The notes under the pieces: generated by a model
The model's database searches: none
Told to the model about the DNA's origin: nothing
Seen by the model: the letters and a program-made list of their open reading frames with translations, nothing else
Made by a program: the position numbers and the translations under genes
NCBI GenBank assembly: GCA_965218795.1
Contig: OZ244653.1
Span: 3,840,001-3,904,000 of the forward strand
DNA length: 64,000 nt
Reading direction: 5' to 3'
DNA from: a bacterium
Lineage (GTDB): Bacteria > UBA8248 > JACPRG01 > G963555815
In this document: positions 21,723 through 33,073 of the stretch, in pieces
Position numbering within the stretch: position 1 is the first letter of the stretch
How the letters are laid out: the number at the start of each line of letters is the position of its first letter

Positions 21723-21747
21723 GCCGAAAGCGGAGGCGATATCGAAC

Positions 21748-22077
21748 ATGCTTATTTTGACGACACCGAACATCGAGGGAAAACGGATCACAAGACATAT
21801 CGGACTGGTCAGCGGTGAGGCCATACTCGGCGCCAACATTTTCAAAGATTTCTTTGCCGGTATCCGGGACATCGTGGGGGGCCGATCGGCCGCCTATGAA
21901 GAGGAACTGCGCAAGGCGAAGGATCTGGCTATCGCGGAGATGGAGATCGAGGCTGCCGGACTGAATGCCAATGCCGTCGTGGCCGTCGATCTGGATTATG
22001 AGACCATCGGCACGGGCTCGGGCGGGAACATGCTCATGGTGAGCGTCAGCGGAACGGCCGTTGTCTTCGAGGATTGA
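21748..22077 (+). CDS. UPF0145/YbjQ family protein
   Basis: [43 protein letters not shown]. Confidence 0.95.
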   Translation: MLILTTPNIEGKRITRHIGLVSGEAILGANIFKDFFAGIRDIVGGRSAAYEEELRKAKDLAIAEMEIEAAGLNANAVVAVDLDYETIGTGSGGNMLMVSVSGTAVVFED

Positions 22078-22155
22078 GCCCATCTCCGGTCCGCGTTGCC
22101 TCGGAAGACCTCGGCCGGTTCGGGTTCCAATTCAGAAGAAAATGGACGCTTCCTG

Positions 22156-23159
22156 TTATTTCAGCTTCGGCAGCACCTTTTCTCCGAACAGCCTGATTGA
22201 TCGAAGCGCGTCCTCTCGCGTGAGGTCGGGATAAACGAACCGACAGGAGAGAAGCGTCGGGTTCAGCTCTTCCTGATAACGACTGATCTCATCCACGACC
22301 TCTTCCGGCGAGCCCAGAATCCATCGGTCCTCATGAAGACGGTCCAGGTCCACCTCTCCCGATTGGGTCAGGGGGGGCTTCAACGCCGGCCGCTGCATGT
22401 GCTTCTGGGCGATGAAAGTGTTCTGATTCGCCTTCAGCATGGTCTTCCACTCCACTTCCTCGACCCGGCGGGGATCTTCGTCCACGTAGACTTCCCGAAG
22501 GATGAAAATTTCCGCATCCTCCGGCCTTTTCCCTTCTTTTCCCAGGCGTCGAAAAAGACTGTCCGGCACTCCTTGAGCCCCTCAAGATGCCCCGATGGGC
22601 CTCCCATCCACCCGTCTCCCAGACGGGCGGCGCGCGTGACGGCCTTGTCCGCCCATCCTCCGAACATCATGGGAGGACGGGGCTTCTGGACAGGCCTGGG
22701 AAAGATCGTCAGATTCTTCACCTGCGTGTACCGGCCCTCGAAATCCACGGCCTCCTCCGTCCATAGCCGTTCGATAAGCCTGGCCCCTTCCTCCAGCCGG
22801 GAGCCCCGTTGCCTCAACGGCACCTGGAAGGCGTCGAATTCCTCCTGGACGTATCCCTGGCCCAATCCCAGGATGAGCCGACCTGCGGACATCATGTCCA
22901 CAAAGGCGGCGTCCTCCGCCACGTGAACCGGGTGATAGAGGGGAAGAAGAATGACGCCCGTTCCGAGCTTGAGGGTACGGGTGCGCTGAGCGAGACCGGC
23001 GAGGGCGAGGAGGGGCGACCCCGAGGCGGTCGCGTGCTTCCAGAAATGATGTTCCGCCAGGAGCAGCGCGTCGAATCCCAGGCTTTCGGCAAGCTGACCG
23101 TCCTCCAGAAATTCCTCGTAACGGTCATCCCACTGCGTTGGCGCGATTGCGAATTTCAC
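22156..23159 (-). pseudogene. LLM-class flavin-dependent oxidoreductase with one frameshift (~22530)
   Basis: AESLGFD..L.EHH, GRLILGLGQGY, PRPVQKPRPP; C-terminus (ILGSPEEV, LFGEKVLP) in another frame; shift lies in A-rich runs and may be an assembly error. Confidence 0.8.
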
Positions 23160-23413
23160 GGTCCAATCTCCTCGTTCACCCCGGCCCATCCAGAAGTCGC
23201 GGGGAAAATCCTCTTCCATCATACGTTACCGAAAGGCGGAGGAGGGGACGGATGAATATCCAAGACTCAGGATTGACCATGAAGCCCGCCTGGATCGTCT
23301 CCGATACCGATGCGAATGGCTTCATCTCCGTTTGTCGGCTTTCGGTATACTCTTGGGGAGGAAAGAGGCGGCAGCGGATCAGAGTCCGGAAGGAGAGGAG
23401 GGAGGGGAGGTCC

Positions 23414-23827
23414 ATGCTTTCACGCATCCACCATATCGGTATCGTGACGGAGGATACGGAATCGGTTCTCCGAATTTTTGAAAAAGCCCTGAATTGCAAG
23501 TTCGAAAAGGAATTCGCGTACTCCGGATTCGTGAAGTCCATCTTCCTGCATTTTGAAAACGTCCAGATTGAGATCACCGAGCCGAACGAACCGGGCAGTT
23601 TCTACTCCGACATGGTCGAGGAGAAGGGAACCTGTTTTTCGCATATTGCTTTTGCCTCCGAAGATGTGGAAGGCGAATGCGACGAGATTGCAAAGCGTGG
23701 AGGCCGATTCCGGGAGGGATTCGGTCCTGGAAGGGTCACCCCTCGGGGCTATCGTATCGCCTTCATTGATCCGGACGATACCGAAGGGGTTCAGGTCCAG
23801 CTCATTTCCGAAAAGCCGGTCAAGTAA
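23414..23827 (+). CDS. VOC family protein (methylmalonyl-CoA epimerase-like)
   Basis: IHHIGIVT, IEITEP, SHIAF..EDVE, IAFIDP.DTEGV. Confidence 0.85.
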   Translation: MLSRIHHIGIVTEDTESVLRIFEKALNCKFEKEFAYSGFVKSIFLHFENVQIEITEPNEPGSFYSDMVEEKGTCFSHIAFASEDVEGECDEIAKRGGRFREGFGPGRVTPRGYRIAFIDPDDTEGVQVQLISEKPVK

Positions 23828-23874
23828 CAGTCTCCACCCGTACCCTCGCATCCTTGTGCAGAAGGAGGTGAAAG

Positions 23875-24456
23875 GTGAGCCGGAGATTTCGACGCCAAAT
23901 TGTGATTCTCGCTCTGTTGGTCTTGTGGATTCATCCGCTCCGATGGGTTGATGCGTCCGAAGCCGAGAAAACGGAACGACTTCCCAAGGCGATCGAATAC
24001 TGGCAAAAAGGCTACGTCTATCACATGCTCGGGAGGTATCATCTGGCCGTTCGCCAATACAGGGAATCCATTGCGCTTCAGCCGACGGCTGAGGGCCATA
24101 CCTTTTTGGGGTGGTCCCTGAGCGCCCTGGGAAAGTACGAGGAAGCCATCGCGGAGTGCAAGGAGGCCATTCCTCTCGACCCGGAATTCGGCAATCCCTA
24201 CAACGATATCGGTGCGTATCTGGTCGAGCTGGACCGTGTCGATGAGGCGATTCCCTTCTTGAAAGAGGCCATGCGAGCCAAGAGATATTGTTGTTACCAG
24301 TTTCCCTATTTCAATCTGGGCCGGATCTTCATGTTGAAGGGGAAGGAAAAGGAAGCCAGGAAGTTGTTCAAGAAGGCCCTGGAGATCGATCCCGGCTACG
24401 AGCCCGCGCGTCAAGCCCTTCAGTTGCTGAGAAGGAAGGGGGGCTGGGATCTCTGA
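23875..24456 (+). CDS. TPR repeat protein with signal peptide
   Basis: Tandem TPR motifs (AEGHTFLGW, GNPYNDIG, PYFNLGR, ALEIDPGY). Confidence 0.88.
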   Translation: MSRRFRRQIVILALLVLWIHPLRWVDASEAEKTERLPKAIEYWQKGYVYHMLGRYHLAVRQYRESIALQPTAEGHTFLGWSLSALGKYEEAIAECKEAIPLDPEFGNPYNDIGAYLVELDRVDEAIPFLKEAMRAKRYCCYQFPYFNLGRIFMLKGKEKEARKLFKKALEIDPGYEPARQALQLLRRKGGWDL

Positions 24457-24591
24457 GAATCGATTCGGGTTTCCCATATCTGTCGCGTCGGTAGGCTAGC
24501 TCGAATTTTCGTGGGGCTGTCCGGCCCGCTCTGCCGAGTCCGACGGAATATTCCCGGGCAGACCCTTCTTTTCACCGAATCACCCGTTCAT

Positions 24592-25487
24592 ATGAATCCC
24601 CTGATCCTCGCTCAGTTCTTCGGGCTCTTCACGGCCTTTGCCTTCGCAGCCGGCGACACGACCATGCGGTTCGCGCTGCGCAACTCGACCCCGATCTCAG
24701 GCACATTGGTTCAATCGTTGTTGACGCTGGCGATATACGGTCCCTTCGCGATAGCCAGCACATCCCCGGATTCGCTGAAGGCCTCCGGTCTCCTCCTGCT
24801 ATTCGCGGCGGGTATCGCCTCACCGGGATTGGCGTCCATCTTTTACTACTCGAGCTTCAGGAGGATCGGATTGTCCCGCTCCTCCTCCATCATCGGCTCC
24901 TCGCCGCTCATCACCGTGATCATCGCCGTGCTGGTCTTGGGCGAGCGGCCGAGGCTCGCGGTTTACCTGGGGACCCTGTTGATTGTCATCGGGGTGATAT
25001 CCCTTGCGCGGGAACGGGGATATTCATCCCCGGAGACGGCGGGGAGAAAGTCCGTCTGGCATTACTTCCTGTTCGCCTTCATGGCGACGCTCATGTTCGG
25101 CCTGACCGCAGTCCTTCGAAAGGCCGGTCTTGCCATCACCCCCACGTTGAGCGTCGCGATGTGCGTGGCCGTCATCGGGACCCTGACCGTGGTGGCGTCC
25201 GTCAATCCGATACTCCCCAGAGAATTCCGCGTTACGCTCGACGGACCCAGCTTGAGACTGTTTCTGTTGAGCGGCTTGTGCCTGAGCACCGGCCACCTTT
25301 CTTTTTTGCCGCCTTGCAGAGAGGCTCGGTATCCAATGTGGCCCCGCTCGTGTATACGACCCCGATTTTCGCCTTGGGCTTCTCCTGGCTGTTGCTTCGT
25401 GAGGTCGAACGGCTCAACGCGCGCCTGTTGTTCAGCGGGATTTTGATCTGTGCGGGGGCGGCCTTGGTGGCGATATCGCGCGGGTAG
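24592..25487 (+). pseudogene. EamA/DMT transporter with frameshift in a T6 run (25302-25307)
   Basis: Ten-TM EamA pattern (LVLGER); last two TMs (AALQRGSVSNVAPL...LLLREVE) are in another frame; one extra T restores the gene. Confidence 0.8.
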
Positions 25488-25564
25488 CCGGTGGGGAGCC
25501 ATCGGGAGGGGTCAGGCGCCCATCTGATCCGGTATGCCGGGATTGGGAAGGCGGAAGCCTGGAT

Positions 25565-27223
25565 ATGGAAGCTGAAACTCCGGTGCTTATTGCGGGCGGG
25601 GGACCGGTCGGGCTGACCCTGGCGATGGAGTTGGGCTTGCGAGGCATCCCCTGTGTGCTCCTGAATGACGAGCCTGCGACCGCTCAGCATCCCAAGGCCA
25701 ATGCGGTCGGGGCGAGGACGATGGAGCACTTCCGGCGCCTGGGTGTGGCGTCACGCCTCCGGGACGCCGGCCTCCCTCTGGATCACCCGACCGATCTCTG
25801 CTACCTGACTCGTCTCACGGGGCACGAGCTGGCCCGGATGCCGATGCCTTCATCCTCCGAGGCGATGAGGCTTGCCCGCGAAGGGAAGGGAAGCTGGCCC
25901 ACGCCCGAGCCTCCTCACCGCGTCTCTCAAATCTTTTTGGAAGCCATCCTGAGAGAGCACGCGGAATCCATTTCGAATGTTTCAGTCCGCTTCGGCTGGC
26001 GGCTCGAATCCCACCGGCGGGAAAACAGTCGTGTCGTCGCGGAGGCCGTAGAGACCGCAACGGGCCGGCAGGCGACAATCCGCGCGAAGTATCTCGTCGG
26101 TTGCGACGGGCCCAGGAGCATGATCCGAAAGTCATTGGGTATCGAATATGAGGGAGAGAGCGGGGTCGTCCGGCCCTTCATGGGAGGGTCCATGCTGGCC
26201 GTCTACTTCCGGGCGCCCGACCTGAGGTCAAGACTTATGGTTGACCCGGCCTGGATGTACTGGATCCTGAATCCGGACATCCGGGCTTTCTTCGTGGAGA
26301 TCGACGGGGCTGATCGCTGGTTGTTTCATACGCAAATCCCGCCGGGTGTCGCCCCTTCCCAACTGGATTCCGTTTCGCTCATATGCGCGGCGGCGGGAAT
26401 CGACTTTCCCGTGGAGATTCTCTCGGCCCTCCCCTGGACGGCCGGATACAGCCTGGTGGCGCAAAGGTACGGAAGCGGTCAGGTTTACCTGGCCGGAGAT
26501 TCGATTCATCTGTTCACGCCCACGGGCGGGCTTGGAATGAATACTGGGGTGGACGACGCGGTGAACCTCGGCTGGAAGCTGGCCGCGGTTCTCCAGGGAT
26601 GGGGAGGCCCGAACCTCCTGGATAGTTTTGAAGCCGAACGAAGACCGATCGGCATTCGAAACGTGAACTTCGCCAAGGGCTTTGCCGTGTCCGTGGGAAC
26701 GCAGTCCATCTCCAAGAATTTCGAGGCGGACACGGTGGAGGCCGGCGAGGAACGCAGGCGCGTCGGGGAACGCCTGTTCGACCACGCCCGGCGCGAGTTC
26801 ATCATTCCGGGTATCTGGCTGGGGCTGCGCTACGACGACTCGCCCGTCTGCTGGGCCGACGGCTCGCCGCCGCCTCCGGATGAGCCGAACGATTTCATTC
26901 CGTTGGCTCGGCCCGGCGCCCGCGCCCCTCACCTATGGCTTCCGGACGGGAGCGCCCTCTTCGATCGCTTGGGGAAGTATTTCACCCTTCTGCGATTGGG
27001 CCCGGAGTTGTCCGATCAAACGGAGATGGAAACCTCTGAACTCGAATCCGCCGCCGCGGTCAGGAATGTGCCGATGGAGGTTTTCGACGTTCCGGACCCG
27101 GCCGGCCGGGACTTGTACGAAGCGAGATTCGTGCTGATCCGTCCCGATCATCACGTCGCCTGGCGGGGAGACCGGATGCCGAAGGATTTCATGGCGGTGA
27201 TCGATCGTGTACGCGGAGCTTGA
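25565..27223 (+). CDS. FAD-dependent aromatic monooxygenase (PheA/TfdB-like)
   Basis: IAGGGPVG, VGCDGPRS, LAGDSIH..PTGGLGMNTG, RPD.HVAWRG. Confidence 0.92.
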   Translation: MEAETPVLIAGGGPVGLTLAMELGLRGIPCVLLNDEPATAQHPKANAVGARTMEHFRRLGVASRLRDAGLPLDHPTDLCYLTRLTGHELARMPMPSSSEAMRLAREGKGSWPTPEPPHRVSQIFLEAILREHAESISNVSVRFGWRLESHRRENSRVVAEAVETATGRQATIRAKYLVGCDGPRSMIRKSLGIEYEGESGVVRPFMGGSMLAVYFRAPDLRSRLMVDPAWMYWILNPDIRAFFVEIDGADRWLFHTQIPPGVAPSQLDSVSLICAAAGIDFPVEILSALPWTAGYSLVAQRYGSGQVYLAGDSIHLFTPTGGLGMNTGVDDAVNLGWKLAAVLQGWGGPNLLDSFEAERRPIGIRNVNFAKGFAVSVGTQSISKNFEADTVEAGEERRRVGERLFDHARREFIIPGIWLGLRYDDSPVCWADGSPPPPDEPNDFIPLARPGARAPHLWLPDGSALFDRLGKYFTLLRLGPELSDQTEMETSELESAAAVRNVPMEVFDVPDPAGRDLYEARFVLIRPDHHVAWRGDRMPKDFMAVIDRVRGA

Positions 27224-27316
27224 GACCGAAATTGCAAAGAACGGTTGAGTGACCTCACCGGAACAAACAATGCGGGTGGGATGCCGGGTTGAGTCAATCC
27301 AGCCGGTGCGCTGATC

Positions 27317-27697
27317 TCACCGATGGGCGATGAGCTCAATCTGCACCCGGGCTCCGTGGACGTGTCCTTTGACGGCGTTCGTCGTCCGCACGGGCGGGTC
27401 GGCCGGAAAGTATTCGTTGAAGACCTCGTTCATCTCCATCAACTCGCCCACGTCCGCCATGAAGATGGTGACCTTGAGAGCTTTGTCCAGCGAGGATCCG
27501 GCGGATTCGAGAATCCGTTTGAGATTCTCGCAGCACTGCCGGGTCTCGGTCCGGATCCCGCCTTCCACCAGCTTGCCCGTATCCGGATCCAGCCCGAACT
27601 GGCCCGAGCAAAAGATCAGGCCTTCGAACGCCATTCCCAATGAGTGAGGAACAACCCCCCGCGCGACGCCCGGTGGATGAATGACTTCTTTCTTCAT
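27317..27697 (-). CDS. RidA/YjgF family protein
   Basis: FCSGQ..LDP.TG, NLKRILESAG, PPVRT, IELIA. Confidence 0.9.
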   Translation of the reverse strand: MKKEVIHPPGVARGVVPHSLGMAFEGLIFCSGQFGLDPDTGKLVEGGIRTETRQCCENLKRILESAGSSLDKALKVTIFMADVGELMEMNEVFNEYFPADPPVRTTNAVKGHVHGARVQIELIAHR

Positions 27698-27903
27698 TTT
27701 GGTTCCTTCTGATGATGACCCATCAGAATTTGCAGGCCTTTATGAAAGCCGGCCCCCAAACCCTCGGGAAAATCTTCTTTTACGATAGGGCGTTGCCCTA
27801 ACGGGCCAGGACCTGTCGCAAAAAACCGGCGTCCACCCGGTCAACTGATCGTTCGGTGAAGAACGATTGGCGAATCACCGTTGCAGTGAACGCCGAAGAC
27901 CCA

Positions 27904-29103
27904 TCACCCGCATTGGAATAGTTCCACAGACAGGTCGTCGTCGAGCGTCTCGCATCCGTCCTCCGTGACGGCGATATTGTTTTCGACGTTCAGGCCATAT
28001 CGCCCTGCCACGTAGTAAGGCGCTTCGATGGCCAGTGTCATGCCCGGTTCCAAAGGCGTGTCATTGTCCGGTGTGATGAACGGCTCTTCATAGTGGCCCA
28101 GCCCGAGCCCGTGACCCATGTTGCCGCGCTGGTAATCGGGATATCCCGCCGCCTTCACGGTTTCGACCGCGGTTCGGAACAATTCCTTGACCGGCAAGCC
28201 GGGCTGAATCGCGGCCATCATTGCCTGCTGGGCCTCAAAGAGCGCATCGTAGAGACGCCGGACCTCGTCCGGAGGCGGCCCCACCGCGGCGCAACGGGAA
28301 AGGTCGGAGAAATAGAACTGATGGACGGCGGTCACGTCGAACCGCGCGGCATCTCCCGCCCGCAGGATATAGTCGGCCGCGATGATGTAGGATTCACCGC
28401 TGCCGGGTCCCGCTCCAAACGCCGCCGACTCCCAATCACAGCCCATTTCACGAAGTTTCCCCTTGAAGGCTTCCATGACGTCCCGTTCGACGGCGTCTTC
28501 CCGGATCACATCCAGCGCCGCCCGGATTCCCGCTGTATTCACTCGGTTGGCGCGGCGCATTTTTTCGATCTCGTCCGGGGTCTTGATCCGCCTGAGCTGG
28601 AAGAAGACGGAGCGGGCATCCTCGAAAGTGAGCTCCGGGAGGTTGTCCCGGAGATGCAAGAGCGTCCCCGCCGATAACGGGGCCATCTCAATCCCCAGGC
28701 GTCCGCTCTGCAGGTCGAGTTCCCTCAGGGTGGAAGTCAGATTGTCAGGCGGGGTGGGCGCGTTGACCGGGCGTTCGACGCCGTCGGGCCATTCGATGAA
28801 CATCCCGGTGCCCGAATATCGAGTCTCGACCCCCGGACAATGGACTTCTGCCATCCCCGCCAGCCCGACGGTGATCAGCAGGATGGGACTCCGTCCTTTC
28901 GGCAGCAGAACCGCCACGGCTTCCGAAGTTCGCAAAAGGAGGGAAAGCCCCCGGTTGCCCGCCGTTAGCGGTGCCGGGAAACGGCTCGTGTAATAGATGT
29001 TCTCGGGCGAGGAGGCAAGAACCGCGTCGAGTCCCGCCGCGTCCATGCAGGCGTCGAGCTTGGCTTTGTCCATCTGAAGGCCTTCGCGGGAAAGCGGAAG
29101 CAA
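27904..29103 (-). CDS. M24 family (Xaa-Pro) peptidase-like hydrolase
   Basis: ENIYY, RRIKT.DEI, SDLSR, GHGLGL..YEEP, LAIEAP. Confidence 0.88.
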   Translation of the reverse strand: MLPLSREGLQMDKAKLDACMDAAGLDAVLASSPENIYYTSRFPAPLTAGNRGLSLLLRTSEAVAVLLPKGRSPILLITVGLAGMAEVHCPGVETRYSGTGMFIEWPDGVERPVNAPTPPDNLTSTLRELDLQSGRLGIEMAPLSAGTLLHLRDNLPELTFEDARSVFFQLRRIKTPDEIEKMRRANRVNTAGIRAALDVIREDAVERDVMEAFKGKLREMGCDWESAAFGAGPGSGESYIIAADYILRAGDAARFDVTAVHQFYFSDLSRCAAVGPPPDEVRRLYDALFEAQQAMMAAIQPGLPVKELFRTAVETVKAAGYPDYQRGNMGHGLGLGHYEEPFITPDNDTPLEPGMTLAIEAPYYVAGRYGLNVENNIAVTEDGCETLDDDLSVELFQCG

Positions 29104-29169
29104 CGGGGCTCCTCCTTGAGTGAGGATCCCCTTACACCGTTTGAAACCGAGCCAATGGGCCGGCCAATA

Positions 29170-29646
29170 TCATTCGTCGAACCTGTACATCTCGCAGAAA
29201 ATCTCGATGCGGTTTCTATCTGGATCCAGGAAGTAGAAGGAGCGGTTTTCGCCCCAGGAGCCGTCCCCGTCCGGGGCGGTCGTGCTGTGCTTGACCGGAC
29301 CCATTACGATTTCGACGCCCTTTCCATTGAGATCCTCCAGCATTTCGTCGAAATCTTGCCGGGTATCCACTTCGAATGCGAAATGGTGGACGCCGATATC
29401 GAGATTGTCGTCCCCGCCGCTGTCCCCCCGGCTTTCGCGTCCGGCCCAATCCGGCGAATAGATCAGATTGACGTGATGGTGATCGCGTTCGCACCGCATG
29501 AGACAAAGGCCCGGATACCCGGGGGCTTCCCCAGGCTCGTGGCGCTCGGAGACTTTCAGGCCCAGCACATCCCCATAAAACGCCATGGAGCGCTCGATAT
29601 CCGAAACCTTGATGCCGATGTGCTGCAGTCTCTTCAACCGACCCAT
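29170..29646 (-). CDS. VOC/glyoxalase family protein
   Basis: LQHIGIKVSD..RS..FY..VLG, HHFAFEV, FYFLDPDRNRIE. Confidence 0.88.
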   Translation of the reverse strand: MGRLKRLQHIGIKVSDIERSMAFYGDVLGLKVSERHEPGEAPGYPGLCLMRCERDHHHVNLIYSPDWAGRESRGDSGGDDNLDIGVHHFAFEVDTRQDFDEMLEDLNGKGVEIVMGPVKHSTTAPDGDGSWGENRSFYFLDPDRNRIEIFCEMYRFDE

Positions 29647-29793
29647 GTGAGATCTCCTCATGAAATGACGGGGAGGGGGATCGTTCGATGAATCAAGGGT
29701 TTTTCTCTTCCATTGGCTCACGTGGGAAATCACTTTATACTGAACCTAGAGGTCTAAAGATAGTTTCCGTCCTTGGTTCAAGGAGCCCGTCGA

Positions 29794-30453
29794 GTGTCCG
29801 AGCATGAGGACCCGCTGGATTCAGCCCCCTCCGGCGAATCCGGCTTACGGAGGCAAGTCCCCGTTTTTCCCCTTCCGAACGTCGTGTTTTTCCCGAATTC
29901 CCGATTGCCCCTTCACATCTTCGAGGCCAGGTATCGGAAGATGGTGAGCGACTGTTTGGCGGGGAGCAGGATCCTCGGCATGATGCTGATGAAACCGGGG
30001 TGGGAGACGGGGGAGATCGAATACTATGAGATCGGGGGGCTCGGCCGCATTTCCAATGTCGTCAAGTATCCGGGCGGAACCATGGACATCATCCTGAACG
30101 GACTCTGCCGTTACCGCGTCCATCGGTACATCCAGGAAACTCCCTACCTCATCGCCGAGGTGGAAACCTTCGAGGACGCCGGCTGGGAGGACGACCCCGC
30201 AACCCGGAGGACCGCGAAAGAGATGGTCCAGTTGTTTGAGAGAACGCTATACAAACAGGACGAGGAGATTCGAAAACCCATCGTTGCTCAACTTCGACTT
30301 CTGGAAAACGTTCTGGACATCACGAACTATGTTGGTTCCATCCTGGGCGGGAAGCATGAGTTGCGGCAGCGGCTGCTGGAGTCGTCTGATCCCAAGGAGC
30401 GCGTCCAATTGCTCACGGCCATTTTCCGCGGGGAGCTGGCTGAGCTCAACTGA
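29794..30453 (+). CDS. Lon peptidase N-terminal substrate-binding domain protein
   Basis: VPVFPLPNVVFFP..LPLHIFE.RY..MV. Confidence 0.9.
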   Translation: MSEHEDPLDSAPSGESGLRRQVPVFPLPNVVFFPNSRLPLHIFEARYRKMVSDCLAGSRILGMMLMKPGWETGEIEYYEIGGLGRISNVVKYPGGTMDIILNGLCRYRVHRYIQETPYLIAEVETFEDAGWEDDPATRRTAKEMVQLFERTLYKQDEEIRKPIVAQLRLLENVLDITNYVGSILGGKHELRQRLLESSDPKERVQLLTAIFRGELAELN

Positions 30454-30504
30454 GTATCATTGGATGATCCGTTTCCCTTCGCCGGAGGGTCCCGGTCAAG
30501 AGAT

Positions 30505-30954
30505 ATGCGCGCGGTTCTCCAACGAGTCGGGGAGGCATCCGTTACGATTGACGGTCAGGTCCAAGGGGTCATCGGCGCCGGTCTGATGATCCTTTTGGGA
30601 GTCGGTGAGGGTGACACCGGGGATGCCGCCCGCAAGCTGGTCGAGAAAATTGTTCACCTGAGAATTTTCGAGGATGATGCGGGCAAGTTCAATCGGTCGC
30701 TGTTGGACGTTGACGGTTCCGCCCTGATCGTTTCCCAATTCACCCTGTATGCCGATTGCCGAAAAGGAAGGCGCCCCTCGTTTACAGCGGCGGCCAAGCC
30801 GGAGGACGCGGAGGCGCTCTACGACATCTTTTGCAGTCTTATGCGGTCTCATGGAGTCAATGTGAAAACCGGGGTGTTTGCCGCAATGATGGATGTGCGC
30901 CTCAACAACCAGGGTCCGGTGACCATCTTGCTGGATTCAGAGGATCTCGGGTGA
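30505..30954 (+). CDS. dtd: D-aminoacyl-tRNA deacylase
   Basis: [24 protein letters not shown]. Confidence 0.96.
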   Translation: MRAVLQRVGEASVTIDGQVQGVIGAGLMILLGVGEGDTGDAARKLVEKIVHLRIFEDDAGKFNRSLLDVDGSALIVSQFTLYADCRKGRRPSFTAAAKPEDAEALYDIFCSLMRSHGVNVKTGVFAAMMDVRLNNQGPVTILLDSEDLG

Positions 30955-31817
30955 GCGCGATTCTGAAAGACCGGCTGGAGTATCTCTACTCGACATTCGA
31001 CATCCGTTACTTGTCTCCTGATCCTCTGGAAATCGTCCATCGCTACGTCCGCCGGGAGGACCGGGAGGTCGTGGGTTTTTTGGCGTCCTCGCTGGCGTAC
31101 GGCCGGGTGTCTCAAATTATTGCAAGCGTGAACCGGCTGTTGGGGATCATGGAAGCGGATGGGGGATCGCCGGCTGAATTCGTTCGGAGGTTTGACCCGG
31201 CGCGGGACGGCGGTTCATTGATGAATTTCCGTCACCGGTTCAACAACGGGGAAGACATGGCCTGTCTGATCTATTGGATGCGTCAGGCCATGGAGGAGGG
31301 CGGATCGTTGGGCGGATATTTTCTTGCCGGATACCGGCCCGAAGAGTCCAATCTGGGCCCCTCTCTGTCCCGATTCGTTCGACGGCTGCTGAAGTTGGAT
31401 CGGGGCCCTTTTTTCCCTGCCGGTCTCCCAGCCCCGGGTCAGCAGGTGAGGTATCTCCTCCCCGCGCCGGAGGACGGGAGCGCGTGCAAACGACTCAACC
31501 TGTATCTTCGCTGGATGGTCAGGCGGGGGGACAACCTGGACTTCGGCCTTTGGAAAGAGGTCTCCACCGCCCAGTTGGTGATCCCCCTGGATGCCCATGT
31601 CTCGCGCATTGCTCGATATCTGGGGTTGACGACCCGCCGGACTGCGACATGGCGGACGGCTATCGAGGTGACAGATCACCTGCGAGCCCTCGATTCGAAA
31701 GACCCGGTAAAGTACGATTTTTCTTTGTGTCGCCTGGGGATTTTGGAATTCTGCCCGAAGAAAAGACACTTCTTGAAGTGTAGAGCCTGTCCATTGGTGG
31801 ATGTTTGTCGGCTCTAA
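30951..31817 (+). CDS. TIGR02757/DUF2400 family protein
   Basis: [33 protein letters not shown]. Confidence 0.92.
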   Translation: MSAILKDRLEYLYSTFDIRYLSPDPLEIVHRYVRREDREVVGFLASSLAYGRVSQIIASVNRLLGIMEADGGSPAEFVRRFDPARDGGSLMNFRHRFNNGEDMACLIYWMRQAMEEGGSLGGYFLAGYRPEESNLGPSLSRFVRRLLKLDRGPFFPAGLPAPGQQVRYLLPAPEDGSACKRLNLYLRWMVRRGDNLDFGLWKEVSTAQLVIPLDAHVSRIARYLGLTTRRTATWRTAIEVTDHLRALDSKDPVKYDFSLCRLGILEFCPKKRHFLKCRACPLVDVCRL

Positions 31818-31844
31818 ATCAGTTGCAAGAGAAGTCATTGGGAT

Positions 31845-32509
31845 TAGGGCCTGTTACCAGTAGCGCAGTGCATCGACGATGAGCGCGAACAGGATGAACC
31901 CGAGGTCAGGGCGTCGAGTTTCTCGAAGCGGGTGAAGATCCGTCGAAAGCCCTTCAATCGGCGGAACAGACGATCGACTTCGTTGCGCCTCTTGTACGTC
32001 TCCCGGTCGTACGCCCAAGGGGCGACCCGGGTCTAGAGAGGCGGAACCACGGGCGCGTACCCCAGCGCCAAGGCCAGTGGGCGTGTCTCGCTGCCCTCGT
32101 ATGCGCGATCCATGACCAGGGACGGGTTGCCCGACCGCCGACCCAAGCGGTTCAGCAGCTTGCGCCCTTCCGACGCATCGAGGCGCTGTCCAGCGACACC
32201 GCCTCGAGCTGGATGCGCACGATCCGTTCCCGTTGGAGCTGCTCGAAGACCCGGTCGAGCACCCCGTTCCTGGACCAGCGGTTCATGCGCGTGTAGATGG
32301 TGTGCCAGTTACCGAACCGAGTCGGCAGCCCCCGCCACTTGCAGCCATGCTCGGCGACGTACAGGATGGCGTTGAGCACTTGCAGGTTCGACACGCTGAC
32401 GTTGCCGCGCTGCACCGGCAGGGAGGGCGCAATGCGTTCGTACTGAGCTTGGGTGATCTCCATCCGCAAAGGATAACAGGATCTCAACCATTAGTGTTAA
32501 CAGGCCCTA
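31845..32509 (-). mobile_element. IS5-family (IS427-like) remnant with internal deletion and nonsense codon
   Basis: TIRs GGGCCTGTTA (31847-31856) / TAACAGGCCC (32498-32507) flanked by TA; LNAILYV..GCKWR.LP..FG.W N-terminus, DRAYE and YKRRNEV.RLF C-terminus; in-frame TAG at ~32034. Confidence 0.9.
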
Positions 32510-32580
32510 GAATGGAACAGTCAGTGAAGGCGTATGATCGTATTCAACTCTTCCCGGGGGGTGACAGGAGTTATTTTCGA

Positions 32581-33012
32581 ATGGGCGATGGGATGTTTTT
32601 TCAGAAGCAAAAGGGCTTTGTTGCGTCCCTTTTCAGTCTTCGATGGATCCTGATCTCGCTGGCCCTCGTTGGATTGACGGCCTGCGGGTTTGCGCGGACG
32701 GCCGTCTTTCCTCCGGAACCATCGGATGTTCAGACGCTGAAAGACAAGGCGGCAGGGCGAGGATATCAGATCCTGGGCGTGATTCAGATCGATGGCCATA
32801 ATTTCTCGACAAGAGGGGCCCTGCTGGCCCGCCTCCGTGAAAAGGCCCGTGAATTGGGAGCCGATGAAGTCCTCAACGCACGGGTGCTTTCGCTTCCCAG
32901 AGGGAAGGGTTTCCTCAAATACCATATCCTGACGGCGGAAGGGATTGCCGTGCGCTGGGATCGGTTTTCCCGCCGGGATGAGACTGATCTGGTCCAGGAA
33001 CAGTTCGAATAG
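32581..33012 (+). CDS. Putative lipoprotein with YbjQ-like fold
   Basis: Lipobox LTAC after a hydrophobic stretch; LREKARELGADEV...AEGIAV pattern. Confidence 0.65.
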   Translation: MGDGMFFQKQKGFVASLFSLRWILISLALVGLTACGFARTAVFPPEPSDVQTLKDKAAGRGYQILGVIQIDGHNFSTRGALLARLREKARELGADEVLNARVLSLPRGKGFLKYHILTAEGIAVRWDRFSRRDETDLVQEQFE

Positions 33013-33073
33013 AATCCCTGAGCGTGAAGAGCGGAGGGCGCTCTTCGGGTTCGGGACTCGAGCGGCGCCGTCT

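Noticed and set aside
29116-29691. 191-aa + strand ORF
   Set aside because: Antisense to a clear VOC gene
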